DNA of 64,000 nucleotides, from NCBI RefSeq assembly GCF_006345805.1, contig NC_043003.1, forward strand, positions 8,742,001 through 8,806,000, given 5' to 3'. This stretch comes from Octopus sinensis. Lineage: Eukaryota. Position numbers and translations under genes: made by a program. Under the pieces are notes generated by a model, which searched no databases, had not been told where the DNA came from, and saw nothing but the letters and a program-made list of their open reading frames with translations. This document shows, one piece after another, positions 1-13,092 of the stretch (its first letter is position 1; each line of letters opens with the position of its first letter).

Positions 1-140
1 TTTCTGTGTCCCTTTCTGTAGAAGAGCGTAGGCTTGAAACGTAAAAGACTTTTTCTATCCCTGAGCGTTATACTAATACATCTGTTTGTTTTGTACACCA
101 CCTGTTTTCGTCTTTTGTTTTTCGTAAAATCTCCCTATAT
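1..140 (+). mobile_element. Penelope-like pseudo-LTR fragment (family P1) with hammerhead-like motif
   Basis: Homologous to 17595-17760 and 18388-18540; contains CTTT-CTGTAGAA-GAG-CGTAGG-CTT-GAAA-CGT-A-AAAG (12-47), the layout of minimal Penelope-type hammerheads; followed by (TA)n. Confidence 0.6.
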
Positions 141-366
141 ATACATATATATATATATAATATATATATATATACATACATATATGTATGTGTGTGTGTA
201 TGTGTATAAGTTTATAGTTTGCTTGAAGCATCGTATGTGGAATATAATGTTGAAAGATGTAAAAGGCTAAACAATACAAATAGATTTTAGATGAGGTGAT
301 ATAACTTTCAGGCCTACGTTACCTCATCTTAAAATCTATTTGCATTGTTTAGCCTATTACATCTTT

Positions 367-435
<69 letters not shown>

Positions 436-1154
436 GCAGGTAATAATATCAGTATTTTGGGATCTTATATCAGATTTACTTCTGTATCACCTGCCAACTT
501 GATGAACAACACGAATATATCTTACTTCTTTTAACGATGAAAATTTGTCAGGAGTACGTTTTGCTCTATGAGATTTCACTACAGATCAACAGCTATGTCA
601 AAAGTTTACAAAATTTAACGTGAGCAAGAAAAACATTCTGAATAGAAGACTAGTCCTTTTCAAAGGAGTATCTCCCTTCTTTCTCACAGCATCACTGCAA
701 TCTAACTTATTTTATTTTACGGACAGTTTTCTGATTACAATTTGCCAAGGCACAACCGCCATGAGATTTTTCGGAATGCTCTTTATAACCCATGACCAGT
801 CTTGTGTAGTGATCTGTGCTGCTTCAAAATATCCTTCTGCAAATGGTGCAATAAAAGTATTGAAAAGCAAATAAATCAAGATATATTTTTTATGAGTTTT
901 TCACAGAATATGAATTTAAGATTCTGGAGGAAATGAGTATATAAAATAAAACATGAATACCCAGCCTTCATCAGCAGGTCAGAGAATGAAAGGTGTTTGA
1001 AAATCATGCAGAATCTATCAAGAAAAGTCGAAGGAAATTTCGAGAAAAATTAAATGCTTCTGTTTTTGTATTTGATTTACAAAATTCTTACAGTGAATTC
1101 CTGTGTTGAAACATATTTTGTTGTTTCTCGGTATAGTCAATACGTCAATAAACA

Positions 1155-1203
<49 letters not shown>

Positions 1204-1253
1204 GCACACATACACAAACGCACACTCACGCACACACATACATGTGTATATAA

Positions 1254-1289
<36 letters not shown>

Positions 1290-1770
1290 GTATATATGTA
1301 TATATATATATGTATATATGTGTGTATATATATATATATGTGTGTGTGTGTATATATATATATGTATATATATGCATACATATGAGTGTGTGTATATGTG
1401 TGTATGTGTGTGCGTGTGCGTGTGGGTGTTGTATGGGTGTATGTGTAAGAAGAATTCAGTTAATGAGATGAGTGCGACATAGGTTTACCTTTCAAACGTT
1501 TGAAGTGAAACCCGTACCTGGGAAGTTGGGAAGTGATTTTCAATTCGTTCTTACGTTTATGGATATGCAAATGTGTATCTATTTTATATAGAGAGAGAAT
1601 AGCGGAAGGGCATGGAGTTCAGTGAGTGGGAGACATGGGAAAATTAGGAAGCAATAAATAGTCTAACATCCGCCCCCAACCAAAAAAACAAAACAAAACA
1701 AAAAGAAATAAAATATCACAGACAGGTAGGTTTTAGCAGATATTTATTCATTTTTTTGTTGCACACAGGA

Positions 1771-2903
1771 AGCTAAACATAGAAGGGACAAACAAGGACA
1801 GACAAACGGATTAAGTCGATTATATCGACCCCAGTGCGTAACTGATACTTATTCAATTGACCCGGAAAGGACAAAAGGCAAAGTCGACCTCGGCGGAATT
1901 TGAACTCAGAACATAACGGCAGACGAAATGCCTGTTTCTTTATTACCCACAAGGCGCTAAACACAGAGGGGACAAACAAGGACAGACATAGGTATTAAGT
2001 CGATTACATCGACCCCAGTGCGTAACTGGTACTTAATTTATCGACCCCGAAAGGATGAAAGGCAAACTGGACCTCGGCAGAATTTGAACTCAGAACGTAC
2101 CGGCAGACGAAATACCTATTTCTTTACTACCCACACGGGGCTAAACACAGAGATGACAAACAAAGACTGACAAACGGATTAAGTCGATTATATCGACACC
2201 CAGTACGCAGCTAGTACTTAATTTATCGACTCTGAAAGGATGAAATACAAAGTCGACTTCGGCGGGATTTGCACTCAGAACGTAACGGTAGACGAAATAC
2301 CTATTTCTTTACTGCCCACAAGGGGCTAAACACAGAGAGGACAAACAAGGACAGACAAACAAACGGATTAAGTCAATTACATCGACCCCACTGCGTAACT
2401 GGTACTTAATTTATCGATCCCGAAAGGATGAAAGGCAAAGTCGACATCGGCGGAATTTGAACTCAGAACATAACGGCAGACGAAATACCTGTTTCTTTAT
2501 TACCCACAAGGGGCTAAACGCAGAGAGGACAAACAAGGACAGGCAAACGGATTAAGTCAATTATATCGACCCCAGTGCGTAACTGGTACTTATTTAATCG
2601 ACCCCAAAGGGATGAAAGGCAAAGTCGACCTCGGCGGAATTTGAACTCAGAACATAACGGCAGACGAAATGCCTGTTTCTTTATTACCCACAAGGGGCTA
2701 AACACAGAGGGGACAACCAAGGACAGACAAACGATTAAGTCGATTATATCGACCTCAGTGCGTAACTGGTCCTTAATTTATCGACCCCGAAAAGATGAAA
2801 GGCAAAGTCGACCTCGGCGGAATTTGAACTCAGAACGTAACGGCAGACGAAATACCGCTAAGCATTTCGCCCGGTGTGCTAACGTTTCTGCCAGCTCACC
2901 GCC
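1771..2903 (-). mobile_element. SINE family A, head-to-tail array of six ~184-bp modules
   Basis: tRNA-like head (GGCGGTGAGCTGGCAGAAACGTTAGC on the minus strand, ending at 2903); B-box GAGTTCAAATTCC in the modules; module tails recur at about 1771, 1935, 2118, 2302, 2490 and 2674. Confidence 0.9.
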
Positions 2904-3020
2904 TTCTTGGCAAATATTCATTGCAAATAGTTGGGTAGATTTTTCTTTGTGTATAAAAGTAAGTTCTGAATTATCATTGACTTGTTCCAGCCTTTGGTCT
3001 GCTTCTATGCTGGGAAATGT

Positions 3021-3240
3021 GTGAAAATGCGTGGCTAAGTGGTTAGGGCATTCGGCTCACGATCGTGAGGTCTTGAGTTCAATTCCCGGCAACGCGTTGT
3101 GTCCTTGAGCAAGAGATCTTTTTTCACGTTGCTCCAGTTTACTCAGCTGGCAAAAATGAGTAGTACCTGTTTTTCAAAAGGGTCTGCCTTTTCAAGCTGA
3201 ATCTCCTCGAGAACTACTTTAAGAGTACACGTGTACTTCC
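3021..3240 (+). mobile_element. tRNA-derived SINE, family C2 (decayed)
   Basis: A-box TGGCTAAGTGG, B-box GAGTTCAATTCC, central GTGTCCTTGAGCAAG...TTGCTCCAGTTTACTCAGCTG domain; tail shared with family C. Confidence 0.75.
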
Positions 3241-3304
3241 TATGCTGGGAAACCTTCATGAAGCGTTTGCTCGAAAAAATCGACACCAGCACTTGTTACT
3301 CCTT

Positions 3305-3566
3305 TTATTCTTTCACTTGTTTCAGTCATTTGATAGCGGCAATGCTGGAGCACCACCTTTAGTCGAATAAATCGACCCTCAGGACTTATCTTTTAAAAGT
3401 CTAGTACTTATTCTATCGGCCCGTTCTTGCCGAACGACTGAGTTACGAGGGACGTAAACACACCAACATCGACTATTAAGCGATGGTGGTGGAGGTGGTG
3501 ATGGGGTAGAGACAAACACAGACACACAAATACATACGTACATACATTCATACATACATACATACA

Positions 3567-3602
<36 letters not shown>

Positions 3603-3605
3603 TAT

Positions 3606-3638
<33 letters not shown>

Positions 3639-3663
3639 ATATATATATATGTATATATATTAT

Positions 3664-3720
<57 letters not shown>

Positions 3721-4100
3721 AGACGGACTTCCTTCAGTTTCCGTCTACCAAAGGCACTCACAAGGCTTTGGTTTATTTTCTTTTTCGTTTTAAACCTAGT
3801 ACTTATTCTATCAAATCACTTTTGCTGAACCACTAAGTTACGGGGACGTAAACATACCAACACCGGTTGTTAAGCCGTGATGGGGTGGGGGAAAGGAACA
3901 CAGACATAAAGACACTCACACATAGACATACATATATATTTGACAGGCTTCTTTCAGTTTCCGTCTACCATATCCACTCATAAGGCTTTGGTCGGCCCGA
4001 AGTTAGAGTAGAAGACATATGCCCAAGGTGCCACGCAGTGGGACTGAACCCGGAACTATGTCGAAAGGAAGCAAGCTACTTACCACACATCCATACCTGC
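3305..4100 (-). mobile_element. Two SINE family B copies with internal microsatellites
   Basis: Matches the family B consensus (tail TTTCAGTCATTTG..., head ...GGGACTGAACCCGG) seen in many copies in this window. Confidence 0.85.
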
Positions 4101-4293
4101 ATTGTGTAATGTTCTGTTAATTAGTACAATCAACAAAAAGGCTCTCCAGCCAGCCAGAGATATCCTTTCATACACACAAGGTTTAATATTTGGGTTACTA
4201 TAAGTTTCATGCTTACGATCGTACGACAGAGTGGGGCGACAGCGTGCCCAGTACATTGGTGAGAATGAAACTTTAGTAGCTCGATTTTAAATC

Positions 4294-4332
<39 letters not shown>

Positions 4333-5086
4333 TGTGTGTAATAAAGTCAAACCAACTAATGTTGTTTTGGATGTATTTAATACGTACGTTTCAGATCATT
4401 ATGCAATCGATAAGAATGAATTCATCTTTTTACACATCTTTCTCAGTTAAGACATTTCACAATGTAAATTCTACTGTATAATTCACGCGTTAATATAGTC
4501 TCGGACCATTTAAATCGCGTAGTAGATAACAAGACATAGGCAGAAGAAATAGAATATCTGTAGGGAGGGTGCCGATAATATGGAATATCTTTGAACATGA
4601 ATCTCTTTAATCAGGGCAGACATGTGATTGAACAATAACAATGTGTCCGCTACCTCTAACAATAATAAGAAAAAACAATAACCAAAACAACTACAGCAAT
4701 TCATTCAGATATATGGACCGTTTACACATATACACATATAACAATACATACGCGAGTAGACAGCGTACGCGCGACTGGCATGTATACTACATAGAATGCA
4801 CAGTGATATATATATATATACCAGATATATAAAGACGTACATACAGTTGCATTACTTGTTCATTTGTATATGCACACACGTGCAAGTGTGCATATGCACA
4901 GACGCAAACACACACATACAAACACACACACACATACAAACACACACACACATACAAACACACACACACATACAAACACACACACACATACACACACACT
5001 GACGCCCACCCGCACGCACTCAAACCGTAGTCATATTTCTACCCAGGCAAACAGTTTTAAACAGACTTAATGTCATGCACACATAA

Positions 5087-5120
<34 letters not shown>

Positions 5121-5130
<10 letters not shown>

Positions 5131-5688
5131 ACACATACGCACATACACACAGACACAGACACAGACACAGGCACACACGCACACACGCACTCACAGAAAA
5201 CGAGCGAGAACGAGAGAAAAAAGAGCGCGGAGGGAAAGAAAGCGCGGGAGAGAAAGAAAGAGATAAGGGGAGAGAGAGAGAGAAAGAGAGAGAGAGTGGG
5301 GAGGGAAGTGGGGGAAGTGTGCGAGACAGTCAGTCACTCCCCCGCCACACATGCATGTTGTGTTGCCTATAAACTCGCAAAACACAAAACGGACACACAG
5401 AAACAAACTGAACAACTAGAACAACACCAACGCAATGAACGGTTCGAACTTTCAGTTAAAGGAAAATAATTTATAAGTACTTAATGCTTATGTATCGAAT
5501 GTATTCGCATCAAAAAAAAAAAGCAAAACAAAATCTAACAATAATAATGTTGCGACTAAAAAATAATTAGTATGGCGGCGATGGTGGTTAAGAAACTCGC
5601 TCCTCAGACACGTGGTTCGGATTTCAGTCCCGACAGACAGGGTGGCTTCAACAAGAGGTTTCTGATAAGGGTCTTGTAAGTTAACACA

Positions 5689-5728
<40 letters not shown>

Positions 5729-6268
5729 ACACATACGCACATACACACAGACACAGACACAGACACAGGCACACACGCACACACGCACTCACAGAAAACG
5801 AGCGAGAACGAGAGAAAAAAGAGCGCGGAGGGAAAGAAAGCGCGGGAGAGAAAGAAAGAGATACGGGGAGAGAGAGAGAGAAAGAGAGAGAGAGTGGGGA
5901 GGGAAGTGTGCGAGACAGTCAGTCACTCCCCCGCCACACATGCATGTCTGTGTTGCCTATAAACTCGCAAACCACAAAACGGACACACAGACACAAAACT
6001 GAACAACTAGAACAACACCAACGCAATGAACGGTTCGAACTTTCCAGTTAAAGGAAATTAATTTATAAGTACTTAATGCTTATGTATCGAATGTATTCGC
6101 ATCAAAAAAAAAAAGCAAAACAAAATCTAAACAATAATGTTGCGACTAAAAAATAATTAGTATGGCGGCGATGTGGTTAAGAAACTCGCTCCTCAGACAC
6201 GTGGTCTCGGATTCAGTCCCGCGACAGGGTGGCTTCAACAAGAGGTTTCTGATAAGGGTCTTGTAAGT

Positions 6269-6271
<3 letters not shown>
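5121..6271. repeat. Near-identical tandem duplication, 600-bp period, bounded by (CA)n
   Basis: Segment 5121-5685 is repeated at 5721-6271 with only small indels. Confidence 0.9.
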
Positions 6272-6320
<49 letters not shown>

Positions 6321-6334
6321 CTGTATATATATGT

Positions 6335-6486
6335 GGTTGTGTGGTAAGTAGCTTGCTTGCCAACCATATGGTTCCGGGTTCAGTCCCACTGCGTAGCACC
6401 TTGGGCAAGTGTCTTCTACTATAGCCTCAGGCTGACCAAATCCTTGTGAGTGGATATGGTAGACGGAAACTGAAAGAAGCCTGTCG

Positions 6487-6522
<36 letters not shown>

Positions 6523-6775
6523 ATATATATATCACTGTGTGTGTGTGTGTGTTTGTGTGTGTGTATATGTTTGTGTCTGTGTTTGTCCACCTCCCATCGA
6601 TTGACAACCGATGCTGGTGTGTTTACGTCCCTGTAACTTAACGATTCAGCAAAAGATACCGATAGAATAAGCAGTAAGCTTAAAAAGAATAAGTCCTGGG
6701 GTTGATTTGGTCGATTAAAGGTGGTGCTCCAGCGTGGCTGCAGTTTAATGAGTGAAACAAGTAAAAGCTGAAAAA
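6335..6775 (+). mobile_element. SINE family B
   Basis: Head GTGTGGTAAGTAGCTTGC...GGGTTCAGTCCC, internal (TA)n/(TG)n, tail GGTGCTCCAGCGTGGCTGCAG...GAAACAAGTAAAAG. Confidence 0.9.
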
Positions 6776-7189
6776 TATCTTTTCTACATTTTTCTATTTC
6801 GTTTTTGTATTTTGTTCGGGAATTTCTCGATGTCGATTCGTGTGTTAGAAGTTGAAACATATTTTGTTGTCTCTAAGGTGGGTCACTACACCAATAAACT
6901 CACGCACTGGTTCTGTTTCACTTCTTTACTTAATATACGCCAAGTGATTAAGTATTAACCAATTAACACATTAATTGTTTGATTAATCGATCGGTCGATC
7001 AGTCAATTAATAAATTGAGCAATCAAACAATCAGCTAGATTTGTCAAAGTACTTTCTTTGTGAACTTATCAATAACATATACTCTCTACTTCCGGTTTGG
7101 CTTGAGTCAAAAGTTTGCCTAAATATTTACAGTTAAAATGAATTCGGAGTAGAAAATTGGTTTCGGGGACATTGATTTGTTCTTATACT

Positions 7190-7440
7190 TGTGACACCTG
7201 GACATTACTGTCTCGAATCCTGGGCCTCATAGGGTCAGCTACCCGGTTTCCATAGCATATATGTACCCGAGATGACAACGACTCACCTGTCTTGGACGCC
7301 AGTCCGTCACGAATCTGCTCATTTACGGTTGAATGGACCGAAGCAAAGTGAAATTGAAGCATTTTACTCTTGAACCAAAGCATCGCCCGACCCGGGAATC
7401 GAAACCATAATCTTATGATACTGAGTGCATGATCTTCACC
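7190..7440 (-). mobile_element. Old tRNA-derived SINE with conserved central domain (Nin/V/Deu-type superfamily; assignment uncertain)
   Basis: B-box GGTTTCGATTCCC on the minus strand; homologous to 16870-17180 across the GGTTTCCAT...GAGATGACAAC...CCAGTC block. Confidence 0.6.
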
Positions 7441-7471
7441 CAGTCATTCTCAACCTATTTTAATATCCGGG

Positions 7472-7638
7472 TACAAGCGTAGCTAGCGGGGTGGGTGACA
7501 GGGGCAGTCCACCCCGGGTGACACTTTTTAAGGGGCAGCACTTTTGCGTCTACTGTAGGTAATATATGTTTTTGTGGGATCCGGGGACGGCAAACGGAAG
7601 GGCCGTCCCGGACGGTACACACTCTAGCTACGCTATTG
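7472..7638. mobile_element. hAT-type MITE
   Basis: Terminal inverted repeats AGCGTAGCTAG (7476-7486) / CTAGCTACGCT (7624-7634); 8-bp direct repeat TATCCGGG at 7464-7471 and 7639-7646. Confidence 0.75.
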
Positions 7639-7719
7639 TATCCGGGCCAGATCCAAAGCATGGATTCTTTTAGGAGGCTGCACCAAGAAAAAGCAAAGCA
7701 CAAGCTAGTTAAGGAGATA

Positions 7720-8110
7720 TCTTTATATATAAAAGAGAGGTTGTGTGCTGTCTGTCTCCTACGATTTAGATTCCTAACTACTCCCACATTTTGCGGTGCA
7801 GTTTAACCAAAACTGGGTATCTTATAGCCGTGATTCATATCGAGCCCTTCTGGGTCTACGATGAGTCTACGATTTAAAAAAAAATTTACCATCATTTTTT
7901 TTCCATTTTAATGCATTTTTTTGTTATTATATAAGGGAAATAACTCTCTAAAAATGTCTACGATGAGTCAACGATTTAAAAAAAAATTTACCATAATTTA
8001 TTTTTCCATTTTTAATGCATTTTTTTGCTATTTTTTGGCTATAACTCTCTAAAAATACTTATATAGTTATTTCCCTTACAAACCCTAGCAACGCCGGGCG
8101 ATACTACTAG
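7720..8110 (+). mobile_element. Non-autonomous Helitron
   Basis: Begins A^TC and ends CTAG^T; subterminal hairpin-type motif CCCTAGCAACGCCGGG; homologous to 57915-58426; 3' end shared with 22203-22579. Confidence 0.85.
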
Positions 8111-8739
8111 TTTATTATATTTATAAAGATCGAGGGCCGCATGTGGCCCGGGAGCTGCTGCGTTAACCACAAGCTCACGCACCTTAGCTATATCCAGAGC
8201 CCAAAATGAAACAGAGCTGATATAGACGCGAACGCAAACAACACAATTCGGTCATAGAGTACCAAACAAATATAAATCGATATATAGTTAACACTTCCCC
8301 GTCCTCAATAACTTTATGTTGATAAAGTGTTGTGCTCTAAACAAACAGGTCATCTACTTAGTCCTGCGACAACTGGTGCTCATTGATTACTTACGTTATC
8401 AGACCTCCTTTGTTACTGAGTTATGAGTACTAAACACATCAGTTATAGTTGCCGACTGTACCAATATCGAATTATGAGATATACATATATAATTTTCACA
8501 TAGGCTTTCATGAATGGATAAATTAAATATGTATAATATAGCATTTTGCATTAATCAAATGAAGGAGTAAATTATATATAAAAAAGAATTAGAGAAATGA
8601 AGAAAGAAAACAGTACAGGGTAGAGTCGCATCAAAATTATTAAGATAATCTTACTTGGAAATGGATGCGTGGCGTTCAATCATATAATAATATAAATAAT
8701 ATATATATGAATATATACATACATATATGTACATACATA

Positions 8740-8885
8740 CATCATCATCATCGTTTAACGTCCGCTTTCCATGCTAGCATGGGTTGGACGATTTGACTGA
8801 GGTCTGGCGAACAAGACTCCAATCTGATCTGGCAGAGTTTCTACAGCTGGATGCCCTTCCAAGCGCCAACCACTCCGTGAGTGTA
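8740..8885 (-). mobile_element. SINE family D 3' fragment with (GAT)n tail
   Basis: Minus strand reads GGAAGGGCATCCAGCTGTAGAAAC...CCAACCCATGCTAGCATGGAAAGCGGACGTTAAACGATGATGATG, an RTE-type retroposon tail. Confidence 0.65.
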
Positions 8886-9046
8886 GTAGATACATATATA
8901 TATGTATATATATGTATATACATTTATGTATATATATATGTATGTATATACATATATGTATATATATGTATTTACATATATGTATATATATGTGTATATA
9001 TATATATATGTGTGTGTGTGTGTATATATACATATCTATGTATATA

Positions 9047-9145
<99 letters not shown>

Positions 9146-9172
9146 ATGTATACATAAAGTATTTTGGCGTGA

Positions 9173-9560
9173 GTGGAGGCGCAATGGCCCAGTGGTTAGG
9201 GCAGCGGACTCGCGGTCGTAGGATCGCGGTTTCGATTCCCGGACCGGGCGTTGTGAGTGTTTATTGAGCGAAAACACCTAAAGCTCCACGAGGCTCCGGC
9301 AGGGGATGGTGGTGATCCTTGCTGTACTCTTTCACCACAATTTTATCTCACTCTTACTTCCTGTTTCTGTTGTACCTGTATTTCAAAGGGCCGGCCTTGT
9401 CACTCTCTGTGTCACGCTGAATATACCCGAGAACTGCGTTAAGGGTACACGTGTCTGTGGAGTGCTCAGCCACTTACACGTTAATTTCACGAGCAGGCTG
9501 TTCCGTTGATCGGATCAACCGGAACCCTCGTCGTCGTAACCGACGGAGTGCTTCCATTCC
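9173..9560 (+). mobile_element. Full-length tRNA-derived SINE, family C
   Basis: A-box TGGCCCAGTGG (9185-9195), B-box GGTTTCGATTCC (9228-9239); 12-bp TSD ATTTTGGCGTGA at 9161-9172 and 9561-9572; second full copy at 50662-51040. Confidence 0.92.
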
Positions 9561-10424
9561 ATTTTGGCGTGATTATCACACACACACAAAAAAAATATAG
9601 CGCAGCGTATAACAAAATTTTGTAAATTTTGTGCGTCGTATTTTATGGAAGGGAGAAATCGAATAATTATGAGAGCGGATATCTGAACGCATCAAACAGC
9701 TTCGAATTTTTATGCTTAGCAGACATACGTATGCATTTCATTGTAACTCTGTGCAAATTAGCGCGGTTTTTTGATATTTTTTGTGCAAGACGTATTTCGT
9801 ATAATGGCTTTTGTATATGCGTGTGCATGCGCGCGCGAGCGTGTATGAGAGAGTGAGAGCGAGAAAGTGATAGAGGGAGAAAAGAAGAGAGAGAGACAGA
9901 GAAAAACTAAGAGAGACCGGAGCAAATTGATACGTTATTGTGCGCATATGTTTCGGTATTGTCCTGAAGCTGGGGGAAAGGGGATGGTAATAGAATCGTT
10001 GGTTGAAAGATTGCGTCAGCCACAAACAGCTATTTACGTTAGTCTTTATTAGTTAATTGGTCGGTGCGTGTTTATTTGTTTCTCTAAGCCGACAGCTGCT
10101 AGGAACGACGCAGGGGAGGGGGGATTTGTAGAAGAGAGCAGCAGTATGTAACTATGATGATAGAAATATCGATATTTAGAGACTGTGTAATAGTATTGGT
10201 AAGGCAAAGACAACAAAATACACGGTCAATGCCGATCAGTTTTTGACGTAGTTTTGACGTAGTTTAGAACGGTGATGATTGTGATGATGATGATGATGAT
10301 CATGATAATGATGATGATGATGATGATGATGGTGATGGTGATGATGATGATGATGATGATGGGTGTGATGATGATGATGATGATGATGATGATTACCATC
10401 ATCACAATGATAAACATGATCTCA

Positions 10425-10980
10425 CGAAGGGCGAAATGCTTAGCGATATTTCGTCTGCCGTTACGTTCTGAGTTCAAATTCCGCCGAGGTCGACTTTGCC
10501 TTTCATCCTTTCGGGGTCGATAAATTAAGTACCAGTTACGCACTGGGGTCGATATAATCGACTTAATCCCTTTGTCTGTCCTTGTTTGTCCCTTCTGTGT
10601 TTAGCCCCTTGTGAGTAGTAAAGAAATAGGTATTTCGTCTGCCGTTAAGTTCTGAGTTTAAATTCCGCCGAGGTCGAGTTTGTCTTTCATACTTTAGGGG
10701 TCGATAAATTAAGTACCAGTTACGCACTGGGGTCGATGTAATCGACTTAATGCCTATGTCTGTCCTTGTTTGTCCTCTCTGTGTTTAGCCTCTTGTGGGT
10801 AGTAAAGAAATAGGTATTTCGTCTGTCGCTACGTTCTGAGTTCAACTTCCGCCGAGGTCGACTTTGCCTTTCATCCTTTCGGGGTCGATAAATTAATTAC
10901 CAGTTGCGTACTGGAGTCGATCTAATAGACTGGCGCCCTCCCCCAAACTTTCGGGCCTTGTACCTAGAGTAGAAAATAAT
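10425..10980 (+). mobile_element. SINE family A array (two A2-tail modules, then an A1 tail)
   Basis: Repeated GAGTTCAAATTCCGCCGAGGTCGAC modules; final tail GGCCTTGTACCTAGAGTAGAAAA. Confidence 0.88.
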
Positions 10981-11533
10981 AATGAGCATGATCTGAGATT
11001 AAATACTACCTTAATCAATAACCGAAGTTACAATGGATTATTAGTGAGCCTTTTCAAGACGGCGAGCTAGTGGGAGCGTTAGAATGCCGGACAAAATTAT
11101 TAGCGGCGTTTCTTCCGGCTCTTTACGTCCTGAGTTCGAATTTCATTGAGATTGACTTTGCCTTTCATCTGTACTAAATATTACCAGTTGAATACTGGAG
11201 TCGATGTAATATACTTACCCAACCCACCCCTCGACCCTGCTGGCCTTGTGTCAAAATTTAAAAAGAGAAGAATTAATAGCGAGCTTTTACAAGGCGGCGG
11301 GCTGGCAGAAGCGTTAGCACACTGGACAAGATGCTTAGCGGCATTTCGTCCGTCTCTATGCTCTGAGTTCAAATCCCACTTTGCCTTTTATTCCTTTCGG
11401 GGGTCGATAAAATAAGTACCAGTTGAACACTGTGGCCGATGGAATTGACTTATTCTTCCCTTAAAATTGCTGGTCTTGTACCAACATTTTGAAACCAATA
11501 TTTATCAAAGTCTCCTGTAGAGATATCTTGATC

Positions 11534-11748
11534 GTAGCTGTGTGGTAAGTAGCTTGCTTACCAACCACATGGTTCTGGGTTCAGTCTCACTACGTGGCAC
11601 CTTGGGCAAGTGTCTTCTAGCTTCGGGCCGACCAACGCCTTGTGAGTGAATTTGGTAGAGGGAAACTGAAAGAAGCCCGTCGTATATGTATATATATATA
11701 TATACATACATACATACATACATACATACATACACACACATACATACA

Positions 11749-11828
<80 letters not shown>

Positions 11829-12020
11829 TGTCCCACCACCATCGCTTGACAATCAATGTTGGTGTGTTTGCGTCCCCCGCAACTTAGCGGCTCGGCAAAA
11901 GACACCGATAGAATAAGTACTAGGTATACAAAGAATAAGGCCTGGGAGGTCTATTTGTTCGACTAAAGGCGGTGCTCCAGCATGGCTGCAGTCAAATGAC
12001 TGAAACAAGTAAAAGAGTAA
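11534..12020 (+). mobile_element. SINE family B
   Basis: Complete head, internal (TACA)n/(TG)n, and tail matching other B copies. Confidence 0.9.
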
Positions 12021-12419
12021 AAGAGTCTGAGATCTTAGATGACGATGAGAAGCCATTTTAAAAAATATTTCGGACACTCTTTCACAACGATGTTAAGCTG
12101 GAGTTTCGGCATTCGATTTCGAGCATAAATTATCCAAGAACTACGGTGATTCATCGCTTTCAGATAAATTTCGTTGTTCATCAGTTTGAATAAAAATTAT
12201 AATTTTGATTTCCATTCGACATTTAACAAAAGCTCAATATTTTCTGGAAGGGCAAGGGAAGCGGAAATGAGACGTGTCAAACTTTCCCAAGAGAATTAAG
12301 GTTTTGTCTGAAGTGAGATGACATCAACCGTGAAAAGAAAGCAAGGAAGCGTATCTCACCTGTCAACTTAGATATTTTTAAATATTCATTCAATATTTTT
12401 TCAAATTGCTTTCAGCCAG

Positions 12420-12547
12420 AAATAAAATTATTATTATTATTATTATTATTAGTATATATTATATTATATTATTATTATTATTATTATTATCTTATTATTA
12501 TTATTAGTAGTAGTGTAGTAGTAGTAGTAGTAGTAGTAAGTAGAAGT

Positions 12548-12593
<46 letters not shown>

Positions 12594-13004
12594 TAGTAGT
12601 AGTAGTGGTAGTAGTAGTATAATATGAAAACTCACAGCTTATTTTGGTGGGTATGATGGTATCATAATAGTAATAATAATAATAATAATAATAATGATGA
12701 TGATGATGATGATGATGATGATAATAATAATAATTATTATTTCTGTTGCTATTATTATTATTTATTTATTTATTTATTTATCTATTTATTTATTTTTAAT
12801 CTGCATGTTTGTTACAATCACCTGCCGAGACACACCCAGTGTCCTGAGGCGAGTGAAAAATAAGAGATGTTACTGTATGACTGAAAGCTTGGGGAAGGCA
12901 AGTTGCAGGGGCATTATTACTATTATTGTTGTTGTTATTATTGTTGTTATTATTATTGCTGCTGTTATTATTATCAACGTTGTTGTTATTGTTGTTGTTC
13001 CTGC

Positions 13005-13092
<88 letters not shown>

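Noticed and set aside
440-1010. Possible decayed transposase on the minus strand (FIAPFAEGYFEAA.., HSEKSHGGCALAN..)
   Set aside because: It looks coding-derived, but has many stops and I cannot assign a family without a TBLASTN/HMM search.
1935-2860. Regularly spaced repeats resembling a CRISPR array
   Set aside because: Whole ~184-bp modules repeat with no unique spacers, and the context is eukaryotic; these are SINE multimers.
2575-3024. Recurrent MRNWYL..RPRKDERQSRPRRNLNSE ORFs, suggesting a gene family
   Set aside because: They are the reverse strand of SINE A.
6820-6870. Hammerhead-like remnant in a repeat shared with 1090-1150
   Set aside because: Core and stem II are too degenerate to call.
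9175-9245. tRNA gene
   Set aside because: A and B boxes are present but there is no complete cloverleaf or terminator; it continues into a SINE body with a TSD.
12040-12410. Possible mariner remnant
   Set aside because: No convincing motif in hand translation.
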